NCBI GenBank assembly: GCA_964016885.1
Contig: OZ024741.1
Coordinates: forward strand, 127,038,001 to 127,102,000
Direction: 5' to 3'
DNA: 64,000 nucleotides
Source: Eledone cirrhosa
Lineage: Eukaryota
The notes under the pieces are model-generated. The model did not search any database. It was not told where the DNA came from and worked only from the letters and a program-made list of their open reading frames with translations. The translations under genes and the position numbers were made by a program. Numbering within the stretch: position 1 is the stretch's first letter; each line of letters opens with the position of its first letter. This document shows positions 58,293 through 64,000 of the stretch, piece by piece.

Positions 58293-61200
58293 ATATTTCT
58301 TTATTTGCCACAAGGGCGCACAAGAAAAGGGGACAATACAAAGACACATGCCGGGGATTTTACATACAGTCGTGTAAAAATATTATAACAATCGAAATCT
58401 CCAATAGGGGTGAGGTGTCACAAATGAGTTGTTTAATACCCCGTCGATAGAACAACTATCAAATTCAGGAGCGTGTTGTGCAAGTGCTCCTTTCTTCATT
58501 TTGCTATCCTCTTTAACCTACAGGCTTATAAACAGAGAAGGCCCAATCACTCGGGCCATTTTCACTTCATTCACCCACCTTTCAGTAAATTTACTGGAGT
58601 GCAGTGCCTCTCTCTCCACTCTGATTCTCCTTCTAAGGTGATACTTAAAGAAGGGAATCAATTGTTGTCCGGAGAGAAAGGCATCTGTCCTCAGTCCTCT
58701 CAATCTCGTCCAACATATAACCTCTTTCACCATAGCCACTGTACAGAGGAAAACCGCCTCCCTTTCGTTTTTGAAAGAGGCTGGCGGTTTGATCCTTACT
58801 ATGGACTCGACAGCAGTTTTTCTGCATAGTTCCACAGGTCACTTACGCCTGGGCAGTGTACAATTGCGTGCAAGACGGTTTCAATGTCCTGCTCGCATCT
58901 TGGACACGTCCTCTTGGAAGGATCCCTGCCGGGGCGTCCGTGCCTGTAGATCTTATCTCGAACGGGTAGAGTTCCTCGGTAGCACTGCCAGGCTAGGGAC
59001 CTCTGGAAGTTGTCCATAGGTCCCGGGCGGAAGGTCCTACCGAACAGACAAGTGAGCTCTTCGTCGCACTTGTAAAGTACTAACTGTCTATAGAATGTCG
59101 AAGTGGAGTCTCCACTGATTGTTGTGTCCGCTTGACAGAGGACTGTGAGCGCCTGGGCGCATTCAATGTGCCAGGCGCTCTTATTCTTCGGTCTTCGCTT
59201 GACCCAGGACTGCAGCTCCGTCAGCGAGACAAGTTGTGGGAAGGCCTGTCTCACAAACGGTGACCACACCGGTTGGTCGGTGAGGAATACCTGGAGATGC
59301 CGTAGCCTCAGCGCATGTTTACGCATCATTAGCCACGGCATGCCCAGCCCTCTGTTGGAAGGGTGTTGACAGCAGACGGATCTCCTCACCAGTGGAGCCT
59401 GCTTCTTCCACAGGAACTGGAAATCATGCGTTCCATCTTGGTGAGGTATTCACGAGCTATTCGGGCCGATCGGAATGCGCACTGGCGCGAATTTGCGGAG
59501 CAGACGGAGAGGGCAGCAGCCTGTTGTGACTCGCGCAAGCTCTACCAACTGGTGAAGCGGGCCAGCCGAAGCAGTACGGGTATCAGCGAGACGATCCATG
59601 ATCGGGACGGGGCGGTCATTACCAATCTTAATGACCGGTTATTCCGATGGCGGGACCATTTCTCCGAGCTGCTCAACCACCCGTCACCACCCACGCCAAC
59701 CTACGTGCAGCCTTCCGGAGAATAATACGGGTGCAGCACTTCCCCTCCAACGGTCGAGGAGGTACGCAGTGTCCTGACACATCTCCGGAACAACAAGGTG
59801 CTGGGCGAAGATGGCGTTCCAGCTGAGGTCTACAAGGCCGAGCCTGATGTCTTCGCAGCTTGGCTCCATCGAGTCTTCTCCTCGGTTTGGGCGACGGAAC
59901 GGTTCCCTGGTGACTGGAGCGAGGCAACTCTCCTACCCTTCTTCAAAAAATGGCGACAGGAAACTGTGTTCCAATTACAGGGGTTTCAGTTTAATTGACG
60001 TTTCTGCCAAAACCTTCGCAATCCTTCTGCTGAAGAGGTTCCAGGCCATCCGTGATGTCCGTATCTGTCCTTCTCTGGGCGGCTTCCGTCCGGGGAGGGG
60101 GTGCGTTGATCAAATCTTCAATCTCCGGTGTGTCCTGTAACAACGGTGGGATAATCAGCAACCTACCGTCCTCTGCTTCATCGACTTTGCAGCTGCCTTC
60201 GACTCGGTAGATCGGGAAGCCCTATGGCGTATAATGCAGGCGGATGGCATCCCAGTGAAGCTGCTTCGTCTCATACAAGGCTACTACCGGTCGACTCGGG
60301 CTCAAGTGAGGGTCTATGGTGGAGAGACAGAGTCGTTCGATGTTGGAACCGGTGTTCGGCAGGGGTGTGCGCTATCGCCAACTCTATTCAACTACGCCAT
60401 TGACTACACTCTCAACACAGCGCTCCGGGATTATCCGGGCGTAGAGGTCGGGAGAGGAGTCGTGGTGACAGACCTGGTTTACGCGGATGACATCGTGCTG
60501 ATGGGCGCTAACGGGACAGATGTACAAGGTGCTCTCGAAAGGGTGCACACTGCAGCCGCTGCTGTTGGTCTACGAATCAATGCCGCCAAGTCGAAAGTTA
60601 TGACGTCACTAGTCTCGCCTGATTCCTGGCAGCCAATATCTCTCGAGGGCGTGGACCTGGAGGATGTGGAGTCCTTGGTTTACCTGGGCTCAACAGTGGT
60701 TCCAACGGGACAGGGCGCATCCGAGGTCAGACGTCGCATAGGTGCTGCCAGATCCGCTTTTGGGCGCCTCCAGCGGTGTCTGTGGGACAGAAGAGAGATC
60801 ACCTCGGCGACCAAAGGGCGAATCTACCAGGACGTCGTTCGCACTATCCTCCTCTATGGCTGTGAAACATGGCCTATGAGGGTAGTCGATCAACGAGGGC
60901 TGGAGGTCTTCGACAATGACTGTCTCCGCCGCATTCTTCGCCGTCTGTCTTCGTCTTCGCCTGAATCTTCGACCCCTTCCTTCAATGCTTCTGCAACTGC
61001 GCTTGAAGTGGTTTGGTCATGCGGCCCAGCGCCCTGAGGGTGAACTGATCCGCCATGTTCTCCTCCCACCTCCACTCCCTAACTGGCGCAAGCGCGTTGG
61101 CGGGAAGCTGAAAACCTGGGCAACGACAATCAAGGAGGACCTCTCCGAACTCTCAGGTGGTCGACTTGCGCCGATGGAACCGTGACTGGCTCGCTAATTC

Positions 61201-64000
61201 CAGTGACCTAGCCCGGGACCGTCGTGCGTGAGCTGACATGGTTCGGGATGCCGTCAGGACAAGGGAAGAAGCCGGCTCAACCCGTCCAGGGTGAATGTCG
61301 ACACAAGTACAAGTACAAGTAAGTAAGCATTCACGTGGACAAGGCGCGACAGTCAAGCGGTAGTAGATGACGGACGCTATGAAAGTATTCGCCACCTCCG
61401 CTTGACCTTTCAAGTACATTTTGCACCGTGCCCACTTCTTGGTGAGCGCAAATACCTTGGCCATGACCTCGTTCCAGTTTTTCTCCACTTGGAAATCTGG
61501 ACCGAACCAGACCCCGAGCAATTTCACCGGTACTTCCGTCCAGCGTCCGACGGCGCTGTCGGACGGCGTCGGTTTGCCTCTCCACGTTCCGAGTTGCAAA
61601 CCGACAGACTTGTCCGGGTTCAGTTTTGCTCCTGTGAACCTTTCGTATTCCTGTAGTAGGTTGCTGATTACCTTGATTTCCGAGGTTTTCCAAAGGGATG
61701 CCCTGCAAAAGCTCCAACTTTGCTCAACACAGTAGTAGCTCTAGAGTCAATACGTACAGAATGGAGGAGAGAGGGCATTCTTGTCGATTGTAACGCGTGA
61801 TTGCGAACGGCTCCGATAGGTAGCCATTCACCTTGACCTTCGAGCAATGCTGGTGTGCATCGCTTTGATCCAGCCTCTGAAAACGGGTCCGAAACCGGCC
61901 GCCTTGAGAACCGCTTCCAAGTATCGATGGTCGACCCTATCGAATGCCTTAGACTGATCTAAATTGTTCAGAACCCCACCGAAGCCGGGTTTACACCCCA
62001 CCCTCTCTATGATGTATCGCATGAGGTGGAGGTTGTCGTGTATGGACCTGGTCGGGATTGCACACGTTTGCGTTTTCCCTACCAGGTTTTCGACGACAAG
62101 CGCCAGCCTCGTTACTAGCACCTTGGCCAAAATCTTTAACTCTGTGTTGAGCAGAGTTATGGGCCTGAAATTGTTTATTTCGTCCCCCTTCTTCTCGTCT
62201 TTCCTGATCAGCGTTACTACGCCCTTGCCTGCAGAACTGGGAATTGTCTCGTTCTGCTTCCAATTGCAGTAGACATCTTCGAGGACGCCAGAGAACAAGT
62301 CCGACATGCCTCTGTAAAACTCATAGGGTAGACCGTCTAGACCGGGTGATTTGCGTTTCCCGCAGCGGCCCAGAGCGTCCCGTATCTCAGTGTCTGTGAT
62401 CGGTCTTTCGCAGAACTCGGCGTCCATGCTCGAGGGACGCAGCAGGCCGGCGAGGTATGAACCAAAGTCCATTGCCCCGTTCGATGGACCGTCGTACTGC
62501 TCAAACAGTCGCGCAAAGTGCCGCTGAAAGGCCGCGCACATCTGCCTGGGGGTCAAGTAGCACGCGTCCGTTTTGGTCTTTCAAAGACCGAATCGTGGAC
62601 TTGTTGCCACTTTTCGCTTCCGCCACTTGGGTCCGGCTAACAGCTTTTTCTCCCTCCTTTCATAGAGCACGTGATTTACTTCTGACCACGCAGCCTTTAT
62701 GTTTTGCGTCGAAGAGCTGGTCCAGTGCCGTTCTCGATGCTAGCACTCTAGCTGCGTTGCCACTCCTAAGCGCCTCTTCTACCTTGGCTACTAGTTCTGT
62801 TTCTGATTTGTTTTTCTCTAAAGCTAATTCTCTGCTAAACCCTATCGATTCTACTCTAATTGCTCTCTTGAGAGAGTACCGCCATCTATTGTTGACGATG
62901 GCTCTCGTCAACTCTTGCTTAACTAATCTACTTATCCGTTCACTGTAGGCTTTTCGTGCCGGCAACGACACGTTCAGCTTCCAGTATCAGGGTCCTTGTC
63001 TATGTATTCTATCACGGTTGACTATGCAGACGACTAGTTTGTGATCTGAATAGGCAACTATGTGCATTTGTGGACAGCTTAACATCTTCTTGTCCTTCTC
63101 TCTAATGAAAAACCTATCTAGACACGATCTAGATGTCCCGCTGCGGTTTGCCCACGTCCACTGTTGTGCAGTCGGGAAATCTAGTCGATACCTATCGGCC
63201 AGTTGGAATTGGCCGATTAGATTTTTTAGGCTGTTGCACCCTCCTCTACTGGGACATGCTCCCATATAGTCCCATCGTGCATCTAGGATACCATTTCAGT
63301 CCCCCACTAAAACCAAGGAGCGAGACGCTTAAAGAAGTCTAGCCGCGATTGTGATTGCCCGGTCGGGGCATAAACGGCCACCAGTCTGAAGGCTCCACCT
63401 CCAATACTGTTCACGTCTAGGACTACCAGTCTACCCTCCGAGTCCAAGTGTACTTGCTGTACTTCGAGATCCAGGTTTTTCCGAAACATGACAGTCACTC
63501 CCCCTCCACCTCCCGGCTGACAGAGATGCGTAGATCTCAAAGTCATTGAAGATGGGAGATAGTTGCTGCCTGTTGTGGATCCTGGACTTGGTGATGGCTA
63601 TTACATCTATACCGTGTGACCTAAGGTCGTTTAAAAGTTGGCCCTGTTTTCAGGGCATCCCTAAGCCACGCACATTCACGCTTCCAACTCGTAAGTCGGC
63701 CATGTTAGTGGAGAAGAGTTGGCGAAAAGGACGAAAAGGTGCACTTATCTTTTCGTTTCCTGGAGTCGGGTTGTTCAACCTCCATTTCAGTTCTGGTGGG
63801 GGGTGTTGAGTGGGGTGGGGAAACATTTCAACAGGACACGGTTTATTGGTTTTTGGCAGTAGTTGCCAACGTCCTATGAAAACTGTTCTTTCAATTTCTG
63901 ATAAGTTTCTATCAAAACCCTTATTAGTTTTAGGTGTGGTTGAGAGTCTGCTTTTACAAAGGTTTGCCCCTCAGTTTCTACTTTGGGGTCTTGGGAGATG
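58293..64000 (-). mobile_element. L1/Tx1-clade LINE (end of ORF1, ORF2 EN-RT-zinc finger, 3' UTR), disrupted and interrupted by an RTE
   Basis: ORF2 starts at 63703 with MADLRVGSVNVRGL; VAVYAP, LDRF, SDH; KSPGLDGLPYEFY, NFRPITLLNTELKIL, LDQSKAFDRVDH; GLGMP; CPRCEQDIETVLHAIVHC. The YADD region appears deleted near 61735. Confidence 0.92.
59455..61325 (+). mobile_element. RTE-clade LINE, 5'-truncated, nested in the Tx1 element
   Basis: CSNYRG.SL, GFRPGRGCVDQIF, FIDF..AFDSV, GVRQGCALSPTLF, YADD, YLGS, LLYGCETW. Tail (ACAAGT)n. ATTCACG is duplicated at 59448-59454 and 61329-61335. Confidence 0.93.

Overview
Repeat-rich eukaryotic genomic DNA, very probably from an octopod cephalopod, with one 200-N gap. 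The only host gene I can support is two internal, splice-compatible exons (30195-30396, 38948-39236) of a GnRH/corazonin-type rhodopsin-class GPCR. From memory they closely resemble the Octopus GnRH receptor. I found no other exon of it, so most or all of the window is probably intron. The rest is (TA)n/(CA)n microsatellite (source of most YIYI/CVCV pseudo-ORFs) and decayed transposons: Penelope-like GIY-YIG retroelements (PLEs), RTE, CR1-group and L1/Tx1 LINEs, tRNA-derived SINEs, a Chapaev3-like DNA transposon with TIRs and TSD, Helitron-like 3' ends, and an 86-bp minisatellite. The most striking signal is a dense set of about 15-20 type I hammerhead ribozyme (HHR) motifs, intact or degenerate. 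They sit in PLE termini and in small non-coding elements embedded in (TA)n. Two of these look like retrozymes: a 155-nt monomer whose insertion edge falls on the predicted cleavage site, and a 317-nt monomer with covarying stems. Three carry a U3:A8 compensatory core. Many form fold-back palindromes. All structures were folded by eye and none was tested computationally.
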